A DNA stretch of 32,000 nucleotides, from the NCBI RefSeq assembly GCF_000011805.1, contig NC_006840.2, one strand, 5' to 3'. The notes beneath the pieces were generated by a model. The model had not been told where the DNA came from. It worked only from the letters and a program-made list of their open reading frames with translations, and searched no databases. A program made the translations under genes and the position numbers. Each line of letters starts with the position of its first letter. Positions within the stretch are counted from its first letter, which is position 1. This document shows positions 1 to 13,104 of this stretch, piece after piece. The stretch comes from Aliivibrio fischeri ES114 (lineage in GTDB: Bacteria > Pseudomonadota > Gammaproteobacteria > Enterobacterales > Vibrionaceae).

Positions 1-2021
1 TACCGTATGCAAACGGTTCAATCCACTTAGGCCACATGCTTGAGCATATCCAAGCGGATATCTGGGTTCGTTACCAACGTTTACGCGGCAACGACGTTAA
101 CTTTATTTGTGCAGATGATGCTCACGGCACACCAATCATGCTTAAAGCTCAACAGATGGGTATTTCTCCAGAAGAAATGATCGCAGCCGTTAGCGAAGAG
201 CACCAAAAAGATTTCGCTGGCTTTGATATCAGCTTTGATAACTATCACAGCACGCACAGTGATGAAAACCGCGAATTAGCTTCTCACATCTACCTTGAGC
301 TAAAGAAAAACGGCTTTATTACAAGTCGCACAATTTCTCAGCTGTTCGATCCAGAAAAAGAGATGTTCTTACCTGATCGTTTCGTAAAAGGTACTTGTCC
401 TAAATGTAAAGCAGAAGACCAATACGGTGATAACTGCGACAACTGTGGCGAAACATACAGCCCAACAGATTTAATTAATCCAAAATCAGCCGTTTCTGGT
501 GCGACTCCAGTAATGAAAGATTCTGAGCATTTCTTCTTTGACCTGCCTCAGTTTGAAAGCATGCTTAAAGAGTGGACTCGTTCTGGTTCTCTACAATCAG
601 AAACAGCAAACAAGATGCAAGAGTGGTTTGAATCAGGCCTACAACAATGGGATATCTCTCGTGATGCACCATACTTTGGCTTTGAGATCCCAGGCGAAAC
701 GAATAAATTCTTCTACGTTTGGTTAGATGCTCCGATTGGTTATATGGGCTCATTCAAAAACCTATGTAATAAGCGTGACGATTTAAACTTTGATGAATAC
801 TGGAAGAAAGACAGTACAACAGAGCTTTATCACTTCATTGGTAAAGACATTGTTTACTTCCACAGTCTATTCTGGCCTGCAATGCTTGATGGCGCAGGTT
901 TCCGTAAACCAAACAACGTATTCGTTCACGGTTATGTAACGGTTAACGGTGCGAAAATGTCTAAATCTAAAGGCACTTTCATTAAAGCTGGTACTTACTT
1001 AAATCACTTAGATCCTGAGTGTCTACGTTACTACTATGCAGCGAAACTAAACAGCCGTATTGATGATCTTGATTTAAACCTTGAAGATTTCACTCAACGT
1101 GTAAACTCTGATGTAGTTAACAAGATTGTTAACCTAGCTTCACGTAACGCTGGTTTCATTACTAAACGCTTTGATGGCAAACTTGCAGATAACTTTGTAG
1201 AGCCTGAGCTTTACAATGAATTTATTGCGGCTGCAGATCGTATTGCTGAGCTATATGAAACGCGTGAATTTGGTCGTGCTATCCGTGAAATCACAGCACT
1301 AGCTGATAAAGCAAACCAATACATTGATGAGAAAGCACCTTGGGTTCTTGCAAAAGAAGAAGGGAAAGAACAAGAACTACAAGAAGTGTCTTCTGTAGGT
1401 ATTAACTTGTTCCGTGTATTAATGGCTTACTTAAAACCTGTAATGCCAGAGCTTGCAGCTCGTACTGAAGCGTTCTTAAATGAAACACTAACGTGGGAAG
1501 GCGTCGCACAGCCACTAGTTGCTCATGAGATCACTAAGTTTAAAGCATTATTCGCACGTATTGATCCTAAGAAAGTTGAAGCTATGATTGAAGAGTCTAA
1601 AGAAGACGCAGCAATCGAAATGGCAGCAAAAGAAAAGGCAGAAGCGGAAAAAGAAAAAGCAAGTCAAACTGAGCTAGATAAAGATCCAATCGCAGATGAG
1701 ATTGAGTTCGATGCATTCGAAGCGGTTGATATGCGTATTGCTCGTATTATCTCTTGTGAGGAAGTACCAAAGGCAAACAAACTGCTTAAATTCCAACTAG
1801 ACATCGGTGGCGAAACTCGTCAAGTATTCTCTGGTATTAAATCAGCATATAAACCTGAAGAGCTAGAAGGCAAGCTAACTGTTATGGTTGCTAACCTAAA
1901 ACCTCGTAAAATGAAATTTGGTATGTCTGAAGGTATGATCCTAGCTGCAGGCCCTGGTGGTAAAGAGCTTTGGATTTTAGAACCACACGAAGGCGCTCAA
2001 CCTGGTATGCGTGTAATGTAA
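1..2021 (+). CDS. metG: Methionyl-tRNA synthetase, 5'-truncated by the window edge
   Basis: The reading frame is open upstream of the listed ATG (position 3 onward gives [21 protein letters not shown], a MetRS HIGH-type motif). Zn-binding CPKC...CDNC, KMSKS motif and C-terminal tRNA-binding domain ([11 protein letters not shown]...). Confidence 0.97.
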   Translation, partial: PYANGSIHLGHMLEHIQADIWVRYQRLRGNDVNFICADDAHGTPIMLKAQQMGISPEEMIAAVSEEHQKDFAGFDISFDNYHSTHSDENRELASHIYLELKKNGFITSRTISQLFDPEKEMFLPDRFVKGTCPKCKAEDQYGDNCDNCGETYSPTDLINPKSAVSGATPVMKDSEHFFFDLPQFESMLKEWTRSGSLQSETANKMQEWFESGLQQWDISRDAPYFGFEIPGETNKFFYVWLDAPIGYMGSFKNLCNKRDDLNFDEYWKKDSTTELYHFIGKDIVYFHSLFWPAMLDGAGFRKPNNVFVHGYVTVNGAKMSKSKGTFIKAGTYLNHLDPECLRYYYAAKLNSRIDDLDLNLEDFTQRVNSDVVNKIVNLASRNAGFITKRFDGKLADNFVEPELYNEFIAAADRIAELYETREFGRAIREITALADKANQYIDEKAPWVLAKEEGKEQELQEVSSVGINLFRVLMAYLKPVMPELAARTEAFLNETLTWEGVAQPLVAHEITKFKALFARIDPKKVEAMIEESKEDAAIEMAAKEKAEAEKEKASQTELDKDPIADEIEFDAFEAVDMRIARIISCEEVPKANKLLKFQLDIGGETRQVFSGIKSAYKPEELEGKLTVMVANLKPRKMKFGMSEGMILAAGPGGKELWILEPHEGAQPGMRVM

Positions 2022-2040
2022 TTCTTCTTTTTAAAAGATA

Positions 2041-2081
2041 ATACCAGTCGTAGTAAATCAATTACTTACTGTGATTGGTAT
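2041..2081. repeat. Imperfect 16-bp palindrome (ATACCAGTCGTAGTAA / TTACTGTGATTGGTAT, 9-nt loop)
   Basis: Direct inspection; all 16 pairs form if G-T wobbles are allowed. Lies between the convergent metG and pyrF genes. Confidence 0.7.
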
Positions 2082-2092
2082 AACTTACAAAC

Positions 2093-2124
2093 AAAAATAG
2101 AGACCAAATGGTCTCTATTTTTTT
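2093..2124. terminator. Bidirectional Rho-independent terminator between metG and pyrF
   Basis: AAAAATAGAGACCA-AA-TGGTCTCTATTTTT hairpin followed by further T residues. Confidence 0.85.
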
Positions 2125-2145
2125 ATGTTTTAATAATATTACCCG

Positions 2146-2850
2146 TTATAAAACAGAAGCGAGAGAAAGATTAATCTCATTAAGGACCTGTGATGGATTC
2201 TCCGCTTGTGTAATCGGGCGACCTATAACTAGGTAGTCAGAACCTGCTGTAATCGCATCTACTGGCGTCATAATACGCTTTTGGTCACCAACATCAGCAC
2301 CTGCTGGACGAATTCCTGGTGTTACTAACTGGAACTCTTTACCTAAATCAGCTTTTAGCATTGATGCCTCTTGAGCTGAACATACGACACCATCTAAACC
2401 GCTGTTTTTCGTTAATGCCGCTAAACGTTTTACTTGTTCTTGTGGTGCTATGTCTAGACCAATGCCAGCTAAGTCTTGCTGCTCCATGCTCGTTAACACC
2501 GTCACACCAATTAATAATGGACGGTCACTACCATAAGGTTCTAATATTTCACGCGAGGCACTCATCATACGCTCACCACCACTCGCATGAACGTTAACCA
2601 TCCATACACCCATTTCTGCTGCCGCTCTTACCGCTTTTGAACAGGTATTTGGAATATCATGAAACTTTAAATCTAGAAAAACAGAAAAACCACGTTTATG
2701 AAGTTCTTTAACAAACTCAGGCCCAAATAAAGTAAACATCTCTTTGCCTACTTTTAAACGACATGAACTTGGATCAATTTTATCAACAAACGTTAACGCA
2801 TCTGCTTGATTATCATAATCCAGTGCCACGATCACCTTTTGGTCTTTCAT
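2146..2850 (-). CDS. pyrF: Orotidine 5'-phosphate decarboxylase
   Basis: [19 protein letters not shown]..., [12 protein letters not shown] active-site motif, TPGIRP motif. Confidence 0.97.
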   Translation of the reverse strand: MKDQKVIVALDYDNQADALTFVDKIDPSSCRLKVGKEMFTLFGPEFVKELHKRGFSVFLDLKFHDIPNTCSKAVRAAAEMGVWMVNVHASGGERMMSASREILEPYGSDRPLLIGVTVLTSMEQQDLAGIGLDIAPQEQVKRLAALTKNSGLDGVVCSAQEASMLKADLGKEFQLVTPGIRPAGADVGDQKRIMTPVDAITAGSDYLVIGRPITQAENPSQVLNEINLSLASVL

Positions 2851-2930
2851 TTTCTCTCCTTTAAAAATTTATACCAATCCCATCAATTCATCATGAGGAT
2901 TAGTCGTACTCACGGTCTTTTCTTACATTC

Positions 2931-2958
2931 AAAAAAAGAGGCACTCAGAGCGCCTCTT
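2931..2958 (-). terminator. Terminator downstream of lapB
   Basis: Minus strand reads AAGAGGC-GCTCTGAGT-GCCTCTTTTTTT, a hairpin followed by a poly-T run. Confidence 0.7.
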
Positions 2959-2961
2959 CAA

Positions 2962-4131
2962 TTATTCACCATCTAAACCTCTAATAGGCTTAATCACTCC
3001 CCATCCTTTACAAGATGGACATTGCCAAAACAATCGATGAGCAGAGAAACCACACTTACTGCAGCGGTAATTAGGTTTCATTTTCAATTGCTCGCCTACT
3101 AGGGTTTGCAAACTAGTTAAACTTGCTTTCGCCCTACCATCTTCAGCTTCATCGGTATGGTAGCCCATGAGACGATAGAAGCCTTTCATTGTCGGATTCT
3201 TAAGAAGCTGTTTAGTCATATACCCTTGAGCTAAAGCGACACCTTCGTGCTTGGCAATCAAATTTGAAAGCATCAATTCAGCACTAGCACCTGCTCCTTT
3301 TGAAATCGCTTCTTTTAAAAATTGAAGTAATGCGCCTTCTCTGTCTAGTTTTTCATAACATTCAGCAAGCAATGGTAATGCTTCACTGACAAAATCAATG
3401 TCTTGATCCAGTACTGACTCAAGGTGAGCAAGAGCACTTTTATAATTCTCTTCCTCCATAAGAAGTTTCGCCATCATAATAGAGGCTCGTACACATTGAT
3501 TATCAGAAGATAAGGCTTTTTTAAGATTCTGTTTTGCTTTATTCAAATTCTCATCTGCAAGCTCTTGCATCGCGAGTTCACAGTAATAGTGAGCAATATC
3601 AAGCTTGAGTTTTTTACGCCCCATACGAACCAAACTATTCGCAAATTGAATCGCTTGCTCCCACTCTCGAGTCTGTTGATGAATAGCAACTAATTGCAGT
3701 AAAGCGGCTTCTCTGTGATCAGGCTCTTCAAGCAGCTGCTCAAATATTTTTTCAGCACGATCAAGAATACCTGAGACCATATAATCTTTTGCTAACTGCT
3801 GTAAGGCTATATTTCGTTGGTCTATCGTAAGGTTCGGACGTGCGATGAGGTTTTGATGAATTTTGATGGCGCGATCGACTTCACCTCTTCGTCTAAAAAG
3901 GTTACCTAATGCAAGGTGGGTGTCTATGGTATCGCTATCTACTTGAAGTAATTCTATGAAATGATCGACTGCTTTATCTGATTGATCAGACAGCAATAGA
4001 TTCAAACCCGCCACGTATTGACGTGACAGGTGATTTGTTTCTTTTTGGCGTTGTTGACTCGCACTCCTATTACCCATATACCAGCCATAACCGGCAGCAA
4101 TAGGTAATAATAGGAATAGCAGTTCTAACAT
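2962..4131 (-). CDS. lapB: Lipopolysaccharide assembly protein B (YciM/LapB), TPR protein with a rubredoxin-like C-terminus
   Basis: N-terminal hydrophobic helix, repeated TPR-like segments, C-terminal YRCSKCGFSAHRLFWQCPSCKGWG; adjacent to lapA. Confidence 0.95.
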   Translation of the reverse strand: MLELLFLLLPIAAGYGWYMGNRSASQQRQKETNHLSRQYVAGLNLLLSDQSDKAVDHFIELLQVDSDTIDTHLALGNLFRRRGEVDRAIKIHQNLIARPNLTIDQRNIALQQLAKDYMVSGILDRAEKIFEQLLEEPDHREAALLQLVAIHQQTREWEQAIQFANSLVRMGRKKLKLDIAHYYCELAMQELADENLNKAKQNLKKALSSDNQCVRASIMMAKLLMEEENYKSALAHLESVLDQDIDFVSEALPLLAECYEKLDREGALLQFLKEAISKGAGASAELMLSNLIAKHEGVALAQGYMTKQLLKNPTMKGFYRLMGYHTDEAEDGRAKASLTSLQTLVGEQLKMKPNYRCSKCGFSAHRLFWQCPSCKGWGVIKPIRGLDGE

Positions 4132-4138
4132 TCAGTCA

Positions 4139-4405
4139 CTACCCTTTCGTTGACTCAATTCGCAACTTATCAAGCTCAGCCGTTTTTTTATCTAAGCGTT
4201 TGCGAAGGCGGCGTTGAGTCATGCTCGCTTTTAGATACATGCTGCCACAAATTAACCAGCCTAAACCAAAGCCAGTTGCAAAGAAAATACCCAATAATGT
4301 GGACAGTTGAAAATCACCTTGAGCTAACAGGTAATTAAAATTAACAATAGCTTGATTCTGTGCACCAATAGCCAGTGAGATCAAAAATAAAAGAGGTCTT
4401 GCCAT
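4139..4405 (-). CDS. lapA: Lipopolysaccharide assembly protein A (YciS/LapA), small inner-membrane protein
   Basis: Two hydrophobic segments followed by a basic coiled C-terminus; immediately upstream of lapB. Confidence 0.9.
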   Translation of the reverse strand: MARPLLFLISLAIGAQNQAIVNFNYLLAQGDFQLSTLLGIFFATGFGLGWLICGSMYLKASMTQRRLRKRLDKKTAELDKLRIESTKG

Positions 4406-4511
4406 CGGTCCCGAGTATTATCTAGATGGAATTACCTCCAGTTAATTGAGTATCTAAAAGTTTTATTTTACAGCTCTAAAGATACACCTAAATGCATTGA
4501 AAATGAACATA

Positions 4512-4543
4512 AAAAAACGGCATACTCAAAAGTATGCCGTTTT
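4512..4543. terminator. Bidirectional Rho-independent terminator downstream of ihfB
   Basis: AAAAACGGCATAC-TCAAAA-GTATGCCGTTTTT, perfect 13-bp stem with A/T flanks. Confidence 0.88.
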
Positions 4544-4559
4544 TGTATGCCAATTAGCA

Positions 4560-4841
4560 TTAGCTATAATTCACACGTTCACGCAGTTCTTTACCTGGTT
4601 TAAAGTGTGGAACGAACTTACCGTCCAGCTCTACCTTATCACCAGTTTTAGGATTACGACCTAAACGTGGCTCTCGATAGTGTAGAGAAAAACTACCAAA
4701 ACCACGAATCTCTATACGATCACCGCCTTCTAGCGTTGTTGCCATCTGCTCAAGGATTTCCTTGACTGTATCTTCCACCTGCTTAGCAGAAAGTTGAGGC
4801 TTTTTACTACACAGTTGTTCAATCAGTTCAGATTTTGTCAT
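4560..4841 (-). CDS. ihfB: Integration host factor subunit beta
   Basis: [33 protein letters not shown]...[33 protein letters not shown] signature. Confidence 0.98.
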   Translation of the reverse strand: MTKSELIEQLCSKKPQLSAKQVEDTVKEILEQMATTLEGGDRIEIRGFGSFSLHYREPRLGRNPKTGDKVELDGKFVPHFKPGKELRERVNYS

Positions 4842-4901
4842 AAATGACCTCTCTTACGTTATCGAAAGAAAAGGGAGCAATGTTGCTCCCTTCTAATTTA
4901 C

Positions 4902-6575
4902 TTATTCGCCTTTAGCTGCTTTGAAAGCGTCAGCCATTGCGTTACCGAAACCACCGTCTTCAGACTTAGTGTTCAGTGAAGCCATTGCTTCTTGCTCGTC
5001 AGCTTCATCTTTAGCTTTGATAGATAGGTTAACTACGCGGTTCTTACGGTCTACACCAGTGAACTTCGCTTCAACGCTATCGCCAACGCTTAGGATTAGA
5101 GATGCATCTTCAACACGGTCACGAGATAGCTCAGAAGTACGGATGTAACCTTCTACGCTGTCTGCAAGAGTGATTGTAGCGCCTTTAGCGTCAACAGCTG
5201 AAACAGTACCGTTTACTAGAGTACCTTTCTTGTTGTCTGCTAGGTAGTTGTTAAATGGGTCTTCTTCCATTTGTTTAACACCTAGAGAAATACGCTCACG
5301 CTCTGCATCTACTGCTAGAACAACAGCAGAGATTTCGTCGCCTTTCTTGTACTCACGTACCGCGTCTTCACCTGTAGCATTCCAAGAAATGTCAGATAGG
5401 TGAACTAGACCGTCGATGCCGCCGTCAAGACCGATGAAGATACCAAAGTCAGTGATAGATTTGATCTTACCAGTAACTTTGTCGCCTTTAGCTTGCGCTT
5501 CAGCGAATGTCTGCCATGGGTTAGCTTTACATTGTTTTAGACCTAGAGAGATACGACGACGTTCTTCGTCAATCTCAAGAACCATAACCTCAACTTCGTC
5601 GCCTACATTAACAACTTTAGAAGGGTGGATGTTCTTGTTAGTCCAATCCATTTCAGAAACGTGTACTAGACCTTCAACGCCTTCTTCGATTTCAACGAAG
5701 CAGCCGTAGTCAGTTAGGTTAGTAACACGACCAGAAAGCTTGTGACCTTCTGGGTAACGCTTAGCGATAGCTACCCATGGATCTTCGCCTAGTTGCTTAA
5801 GACCTAGAGAAACACGAGTGCGCTCACGATCGAACTTAAGAACTTTAACGTTGATCTCGTCACCAACATTTACGATCTCAGATGGGTGTTTAACACGTTT
5901 CCAAGCCATATCTGTGATGTGTAGTAGACCGTCTACGCCACCTAGGTCAACGAATGCACCGTAGTCAGTAAGGTTCTTAACGATACCTTTAACTTCCATG
6001 CCTTCTTGTAGAGAAGCAAGTAGCTCATCACGTTCAACACTGTTTTCAGATTCGATAACAGCACGACGTGAAACAACAACGTTGTTACGTTTTTGGTCAA
6101 GCTTGATTACTTTGAACTCTAGCTCTTTGCCTTCAAGGTGAAGAGTGTCACGTACTGGACGTACATCAACAAGAGAACCAGGTAGGAATGCACGGATACC
6201 GTTAAGTTCAACTGTGAAGCCGCCTTTAACTTTACCGTTGATAACACCCATAACTGTTTCAGCATCTTCGTATGCTTTTTCAAGTTGGATCCACGCTTCG
6301 TGACGCTTCGCTTTCTCACGAGAAAGTTGAGTTTCACCGAAACCGTCTTCAACAGCGTCAAGAGCAACGTCTACTTCAGAACCAACTTCAACTTCAAGTT
6401 CGCCAGCAGCGTTCTTGAATTGTTCAGCTGGGATAGCTGCTTCAGACTTAAGGCCAGCGTCAACAAGAACGAAACCGTTCTCGATAGCTACTACAGTACC
6501 TTTAACGATGCTGCCTTGTTGGAATTCAGTTTCATTTAGAAACTCTTCAAAGAGTTGAGCAAAAGATTCAGTCAT
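4902..6575 (-). CDS. rpsA: 30S ribosomal protein S1
   Basis: 557-aa protein with six S1-type RNA-binding repeats, e.g. GxVxxLTDYGxFVxxxxGxxGLxHxSDM. Confidence 0.98.
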   Translation of the reverse strand: MTESFAQLFEEFLNETEFQQGSIVKGTVVAIENGFVLVDAGLKSEAAIPAEQFKNAAGELEVEVGSEVDVALDAVEDGFGETQLSREKAKRHEAWIQLEKAYEDAETVMGVINGKVKGGFTVELNGIRAFLPGSLVDVRPVRDTLHLEGKELEFKVIKLDQKRNNVVVSRRAVIESENSVERDELLASLQEGMEVKGIVKNLTDYGAFVDLGGVDGLLHITDMAWKRVKHPSEIVNVGDEINVKVLKFDRERTRVSLGLKQLGEDPWVAIAKRYPEGHKLSGRVTNLTDYGCFVEIEEGVEGLVHVSEMDWTNKNIHPSKVVNVGDEVEVMVLEIDEERRRISLGLKQCKANPWQTFAEAQAKGDKVTGKIKSITDFGIFIGLDGGIDGLVHLSDISWNATGEDAVREYKKGDEISAVVLAVDAERERISLGVKQMEEDPFNNYLADNKKGTLVNGTVSAVDAKGATITLADSVEGYIRTSELSRDRVEDASLILSVGDSVEAKFTGVDRKNRVVNLSIKAKDEADEQEAMASLNTKSEDGGFGNAMADAFKAAKGE

Positions 6576-6670
6576 TATTTGATCTTCAAATTTAAACGTC
6601 CATGGGTATCCTACCGCATGGGGTTGATAGTAAGGTTAGTTATCATCCTTGCAACTAACTAAGTTTAATA

Positions 6671-7345
6671 TTATAGCTTAGATTCAATAAAAGTAATGGC
6701 TTGCGCGACAACTTCATCAATATTCATTGACGTTGAATCTAAAACTAAAGCGTCTTCCGCAGGACGTAATGGTGCGACAGCGCGATTGCGGTCTCGATCA
6801 TCACGTTCTTGAATTTCGCTTAAAAGACGGTCAAATTTAACATCTAACCCCTTCTGTTGCAACTGCTTCATTCGGCGATTCGCACGTTCTTCAGCACTTG
6901 CATCTAAAAATATCTTAACTTCAGCGTTAGGGAACACAACCGTTCCCATATCTCGACCATCAGCAATCAAGCCAGGTTGAGCAGAAAATGCACGCTGACG
7001 ACGTAATAACGCTTCGCGAACTTGAGGTAACGCAGCAACTTTCGATGCAGCCATACCGGTTTCTTCTTTACGAAGTTCTGCAGATACGTCTTCACCTTCA
7101 AGGATTACTTTAACCAATTCACCTTCAGCTTTGAATTGCACATCCAAATTAGCAGCTAAAGGAACAAGTGCATCTTCTGAATTAAGATCAACACCATGGT
7201 GAATAGCAGCCAATGCTAACACTCGGTAAATAGCGCCAGAGTCTAATAAATTATAACCTAGCTTTTCTGCAAGTAACATGCACAGCGTGCCTTTACCTGC
7301 TCCACTTGGACCATCAACAGTAACGACTGGTGAATGAGTAGTCAT
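6671..7345 (-). CDS. cmk: Cytidylate kinase
   Basis: [36 protein letters not shown]. The listed ORF begins at an upstream TTG (7357); ATG at 7345 with GGAG spacing is the likely start. Confidence 0.96.
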
Positions 7346-7438
7346 GGAGTTCTCCAATTAATTATTGTGATTGGTTTCTACGGGCAGCATTATACCCAAG
7401 TAAGATTATTTATATACTCTTGATTATGAAAAACTAAA

Positions 7439-7466
7439 AAAGCTCTGAATTTTGATACAGAGCTTT
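7439..7466 (-). terminator. Terminator downstream of aroA
   Basis: Minus strand AAAGCTCTG...CAGAGCTTTTTTAG, 9-bp stem followed by T run. Confidence 0.75.
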
Positions 7467-7503
7467 CATTGCATAGTAAGGTAATAATTTAAAATACAAT
7501 AAA

Positions 7504-8784
7504 TTAGCAGCTTAATTCTTTTAATTTATCAAAATAATCAGGGAATGTTTTCGATGTACAACCTGGATCATTAATCGTTACAGGAGTATCACTCAATGCA
7601 ACTAAAGAAAAACACATCGCCATGCGGTGGTCATCATAAGTGTCAATCGATGCATGCTGTAATGAAGCAGGCGGTGTAATTGTAATATAATCTTCCCCTT
7701 CCTCCACTACTGCACCCACTTTTCTTAACTCGGTTGCCATCGCAGCCAAACGATCAGTTTCTTTTACACGCCAATTGTATACGTTACGAATCGAGGTCGT
7801 TCCTTTTGCAAATAATGCAGCGGTTGCTATTGTCATTGCAGCATCAGGAATATGGTTGAAATCCATATCAATGGCATTAAGTTCACCTTTACGAGCGATA
7901 ACATAATCATCGCCCCATTCAATTTCAGTCCCCATTGCAGCTAATGCATCTGCAAATTGAACATCGCCTTGAATACTCTTTTTACCAATACCCGTTACTT
8001 TTACTTCTCCGCCCTTAATTGCAGCGGCAGCAAGAAAATATGATGCCGATGAAGCATCACCTTCTACAAGAAAATCCCCAGGAGCTACATAAGTTTGATT
8101 CGCAGGAACGACAAACGTTTGATAGTTCTGATTCTCAATTTTTACACCAAATGTTGCCATAATATCTAATGTGATATCAATGTATGGTTTTGATACTAAA
8201 TCACCAACAATCTTAATCGTTGTTTCTTGTGTAGATAATGGCGCTGCCATTAAAAATGCAGTAAGAAATTGGCTAGAGATCGAGCCATCAATTTCCACTG
8301 TTCCACCATGTAGGCCAGTACCTTTAATTTTCAGCGGTGGATAATTTTCATTTTCTAAATATTCTACATCTGCTCCAGCAGCTTTAAGAGCGGTTACAAG
8401 GTGACCGATTGGACGCTCTTTCATGCGAGGTTCGCCTGTTAGAACAAACTCACCTTGGCCTAAACATAGTGCCGCAGCCAATGGGCGCATCGCCGTTCCA
8501 GCATTACCTAAAAAAAGCTCTAATGCTTCATTAGGTTCAAACGCTCGTCCTAATCCTGTTACTTCACATTCTGTTTTATTTGCTGATAATTTATATTCAA
8601 CGCCCAATGCTTTAAGTGCATTCAACATATGACGAATATCATCGCTATCTAGTAGATTCGTTAATTTTGTAGTTCCTGAAGCTAATGCAGCTAAAAGTAG
8701 CGCTCGGTTAGATACACTTTTTGAACCAGGCAAATTGATTTGCCCATTAATTTTTGAGATAGGTTGAAGAGTTAAGCTTTCCAT
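7504..8784 (-). CDS. aroA: 3-phosphoshikimate 1-carboxyvinyltransferase (EPSP synthase)
   Basis: [52 protein letters not shown] start at 8784 is favoured over the listed 8808. Confidence 0.97.
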   Translation of the reverse strand: MESLTLQPISKINGQINLPGSKSVSNRALLLAALASGTTKLTNLLDSDDIRHMLNALKALGVEYKLSANKTECEVTGLGRAFEPNEALELFLGNAGTAMRPLAAALCLGQGEFVLTGEPRMKERPIGHLVTALKAAGADVEYLENENYPPLKIKGTGLHGGTVEIDGSISSQFLTAFLMAAPLSTQETTIKIVGDLVSKPYIDITLDIMATFGVKIENQNYQTFVVPANQTYVAPGDFLVEGDASSASYFLAAAAIKGGEVKVTGIGKKSIQGDVQFADALAAMGTEIEWGDDYVIARKGELNAIDMDFNHIPDAAMTIATAALFAKGTTSIRNVYNWRVKETDRLAAMATELRKVGAVVEEGEDYITITPPASLQHASIDTYDDHRMAMCFSLVALSDTPVTINDPGCTSKTFPDYFDKLKELSC

Positions 8785-8970
8785 GTTTGCGTAAAAATTC
8801 CTGTACAAATAAATAATAATGTCATGATCAATATTTCATGACTGCTTCAGCTTTAATTGTTATTTTTTGTTATTCTTCAATACTTTCAGAGTAACGAAAA
8901 CCAACGCGATGTGCCAGAGGCAATATCGTCTCTTTGACCTAAAAATAATGAATAGTGATTTCTTTTATCT

Positions 8971-9686
8971 ATGACTATCTACTTACCTGAGCTTATTCCA
9001 TCTCATTCGACAGTTTTTCCTGATATAGAGAACGCATTAAATAACCCAGATGGATTACTCATTATGGGAGGGGACTTATCTTCCAAACAACTAATTAGTG
9101 CATATCAACACGGTATTTTCCCTTGGTACAGTAATGGAGATCCTATACTTTGGTGGAGTCCAAGCGTTCGAGGCGTTTTTTTCCCTGAGCAATTTTCACC
9201 ATCTAAAAGCTTAAAAAAGTTCTTCAGAAAATCGAACTACAACGTAACCCTTAATAAAGCCACTTACCAAGTTATTGACCTCTGTGCATCTACCAGACCA
9301 AAAGAAGAAACATGGATCATGCCAGAAATGATCAATGCCTATAAGAAACTGGCTAATCTTGGCTATTGTCACTCTGTTGAGGTATGGAATGAGGATGAAT
9401 TAATTGGTGGTTTATATGGATTACAAATCGGTCAAATTTTTTGTGGTGAGTCTATGTTTTCATTGCAAACAAACGCATCCAAAATTGCATTATGGAAATT
9501 TTGCGAACATTTTGTATCATTCAATGGAAAGCTTATTGACTGCCAAATGATGAATCCTCATTTAGAGAGTCTTGGGGCCAAAGAAATGAAACGCTGTGAT
9601 TTCAAAACATTACTTGAAGAACTCAGCACTAAATCAACAATAGCAAACTGTTACTTACCTCAAATATTAGGGGATAATTCACTTTC

Positions 9687-9690
<4 letters not shown>
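8971..9690 (+). CDS. aat: Leucyl/phenylalanyl-tRNA--protein transferase
   Basis: GLLIMGGDLSSKQLISAYQHGIFPWY, WWSPSVRGVFFPEQFSPSKSLKK, GLYGLQIGQIFCGESMFS. Confidence 0.96.
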
Positions 9691-10687
<997 letters not shown>

Positions 10688-10736
10688 TTTGTCATTCTAT
10701 TAGTTTAACGCTTTAAACTAATAAAAAAACAATAAC

Positions 10737-10763
10737 AAAAACCCAGTCAATGACTGGGTTTTT
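10737..10763. terminator. Bidirectional terminator between infA and clpA
   Basis: AAAAACCCAGTCA-A-TGACTGGGTTTTT inverted repeat between convergent genes. Confidence 0.85.
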
Positions 10764-10809
10764 TATTAGCTTTCAAAACAAACTAGCTGACAGCAATAGA
10801 ATTGGTTTA

Positions 10810-13062
10810 TTAATGAACCGCTTCAGTTTCACTCGTGAATTCAAATACAAGCTCATCTTTCTTAAGTTTCACTCGTACTGTGCCACCATCAACTAAATCA
10901 CCAAACAGTAATTCATTTGCCATTGGCTTTTTAAGGTTTTCTTGAATAACTCGAGCCATTGGGCGTGCACCCATCGCTTTGTCATAGCCTTTTTCAGCAA
11001 GCCATGCTTTAGCTTCTTTGGATACTTCCATTGATACACCACGAGCATCTAACTGTGCTTGTAGCTCTGCAATGAATTTCTCAACAACAAGTGAAATCAC
11101 ATCTTTACTTAGATGCTCAAACCAAATGATATTATCCAAACGGTTTCTAAATTCTGGCGTAAATACTTTCTTAATTGCCGCCATTGCATCAGTAGAGTGA
11201 TCTTGTTGGATCAAACCAATCGATTTTTTAACCGTCTCTTGAACACCTGCATTGGTCGTCATAACAAAAATTACGTTACGGAAATCCGCTTTACGTCCAT
11301 TGTTATCTGTCAACGTACCATTATCCATTACTTGTAACAGTAGGTTAAAGATATCTGGATGTGCTTTTTCAAGTTCATCAAGAAGAACAACCGAATGTGG
11401 GTGCTTAATTACCGCATCAGTTAATAAACCACCTTGCTCGTAACCAACATAACCCGGAGGCGCACCAATTAAGCGACTAACGGTATGCTGCTCACCATAT
11501 TCAGACATATCAAAGCGCAGTAATTCAATACCTAATGCTTTTGCTAATTGAACAGTAACTTCTGTTTTACCAACCCCTGTCGGCCCAGCAAATAAGAATG
11601 AACCAACTGGTTTATTCTCTGCACCAAGACCAGCACGACTTAATTTAATTGCTTCACATAGTGCATCGATACCCTGATCTTGCCCAAATACCAGCATTTT
11701 CAATTTGTCATCGAGTTTTTTCAGAACATCTTTATCACTTGAAGATACAGATTTTTCTGGAATTCGAGCCATTTTAGCGACCATAGACTCAATATCAGCA
11801 ACATTGATGGTCTTTTTACGGCGACTCGCAGGTGTTAGGCGGCAACGAGCACCGGCTTCATCAATTACGTCAATCGCTTTATCTGGAAGATGACGTTCAT
11901 TAATGTATTTAGCAGATAGCTCTACCGCAGCACGAAGCGCTTTATTGGTATAACGCACTTCATGATGTTCTTCATACTTACTTTTCAAACCGATCAGAAT
12001 TTTTGTCGTATCGTCTAAAGATGGTTCTAAAATATCAATCTTTTGGAAACGACGAGCTAATGCACGCTCTTTTTCAAAAATAGTACTGTGCTCTTGATAA
12101 GTAGTAGAACCAATACAGCGTAATTTACCACTACTTAATAACGGTTTGATTAAGTTAGCTGCATCAACTTGACCACCAGAAGCGGCACCCGCTCCTATAA
12201 TCGTGTGAATTTCATCAATAAATAAAACCGCATGTTCTTCTTTTTCAAGCTGTTTTAAAATCGCTTTAAAACGTTTTTCAAAATCACCACGGTATTTAGT
12301 GCCAGCAAGTAATGAACCAATATCTAGTGAATAAATAACACAATCTTTAATTACATCAGGTACTTGTTCTTCAACAATACGCCAAGCAAGGCCTTCTGCA
12401 ATCGCCGTTTTACCAACACCAGCTTCACCCACTAATAGAGGGTTATTTTTGCGACGACGACATAATACTTGAATGGTTCGCTCAAGCTCTTGATCACGTC
12501 CAATAAGCGGATCAATTCCACCATTTTTAGCAACTTGGTTTAAGTTAGTAGCAAAACTCTCTAACTTATCTTCAGCATTAGCCTCAACCGCCGCTTCAAC
12601 ATTATTTGGTTCGCTATTCTCATCTCGATTTTCTGGTGCACCATGAGAGATGTAATTAACAATATCTAGACGGCTAATATCATTCTTTTTAAGGAGATAT
12701 GCTGCGTGTGATTCTTGCTCGCTAAAAATAGCAACCAATACGTTGGCACCAGTAACTTCACTTCGACCAGATGATTGAACATGAAAAACGGCTCGTTGTA
12801 ATACACGCTGAAAGCTAAGCGTAGGCTGAGTTTCACGACTTTCATCGTCCAGAGGAATTAATGGGGTTGTCTGTGTAATAAATTCGTCGATTTCAGTTGC
12901 CAAGGCATCTAAATCAGTATGACAAGCAATAAGCGCTTCGTGAGCTGATGGGTTCTCCAGCAGAGCGAATAGCAAGTGCTCTACTGTCATGAATTCATGA
13001 CGCTTTTCTCGCGCACGAGCAAACGCTGTGTTCAAACTCGCTTCTAATTCTTTGTTTAGCAT
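10810..13062 (-). CDS. clpA: ATP-dependent Clp protease ATP-binding subunit ClpA
   Basis: Two AAA+ modules ([13 protein letters not shown]; [13 protein letters not shown]) and N-terminal Clp repeat. ATG at 13062 preceded by GGAGG is favoured over the listed 13083. Confidence 0.98.
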   Translation of the reverse strand: MLNKELEASLNTAFARAREKRHEFMTVEHLLFALLENPSAHEALIACHTDLDALATEIDEFITQTTPLIPLDDESRETQPTLSFQRVLQRAVFHVQSSGRSEVTGANVLVAIFSEQESHAAYLLKKNDISRLDIVNYISHGAPENRDENSEPNNVEAAVEANAEDKLESFATNLNQVAKNGGIDPLIGRDQELERTIQVLCRRRKNNPLLVGEAGVGKTAIAEGLAWRIVEEQVPDVIKDCVIYSLDIGSLLAGTKYRGDFEKRFKAILKQLEKEEHAVLFIDEIHTIIGAGAASGGQVDAANLIKPLLSSGKLRCIGSTTYQEHSTIFEKERALARRFQKIDILEPSLDDTTKILIGLKSKYEEHHEVRYTNKALRAAVELSAKYINERHLPDKAIDVIDEAGARCRLTPASRRKKTINVADIESMVAKMARIPEKSVSSSDKDVLKKLDDKLKMLVFGQDQGIDALCEAIKLSRAGLGAENKPVGSFLFAGPTGVGKTEVTVQLAKALGIELLRFDMSEYGEQHTVSRLIGAPPGYVGYEQGGLLTDAVIKHPHSVVLLDELEKAHPDIFNLLLQVMDNGTLTDNNGRKADFRNVIFVMTTNAGVQETVKKSIGLIQQDHSTDAMAAIKKVFTPEFRNRLDNIIWFEHLSKDVISLVVEKFIAELQAQLDARGVSMEVSKEAKAWLAEKGYDKAMGARPMARVIQENLKKPMANELLFGDLVDGGTVRVKLKKDELVFEFTSETEAVH

Positions 13063-13104
13063 AGGAACCTCCCAAAACACCAATTTATGGTGTAACGAAC
13101 AAAC

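Noticed and set aside
538-753. 62-aa ORFs on both strands inside metG
   Set aside because: Fully within metG coding sequence; no independent support.
5416-5709. 97-aa ORF opposite rpsA
   Set aside because: Lies entirely antisense to a highly conserved S1 repeat region; serine/proline/arginine-rich composition is typical of a shadow frame.
6119-6539. ORFs overlapping rpsA (82 and 84 aa)
   Set aside because: Overlap rpsA fully, no recognisable motif, explained by codon usage in the true frame.
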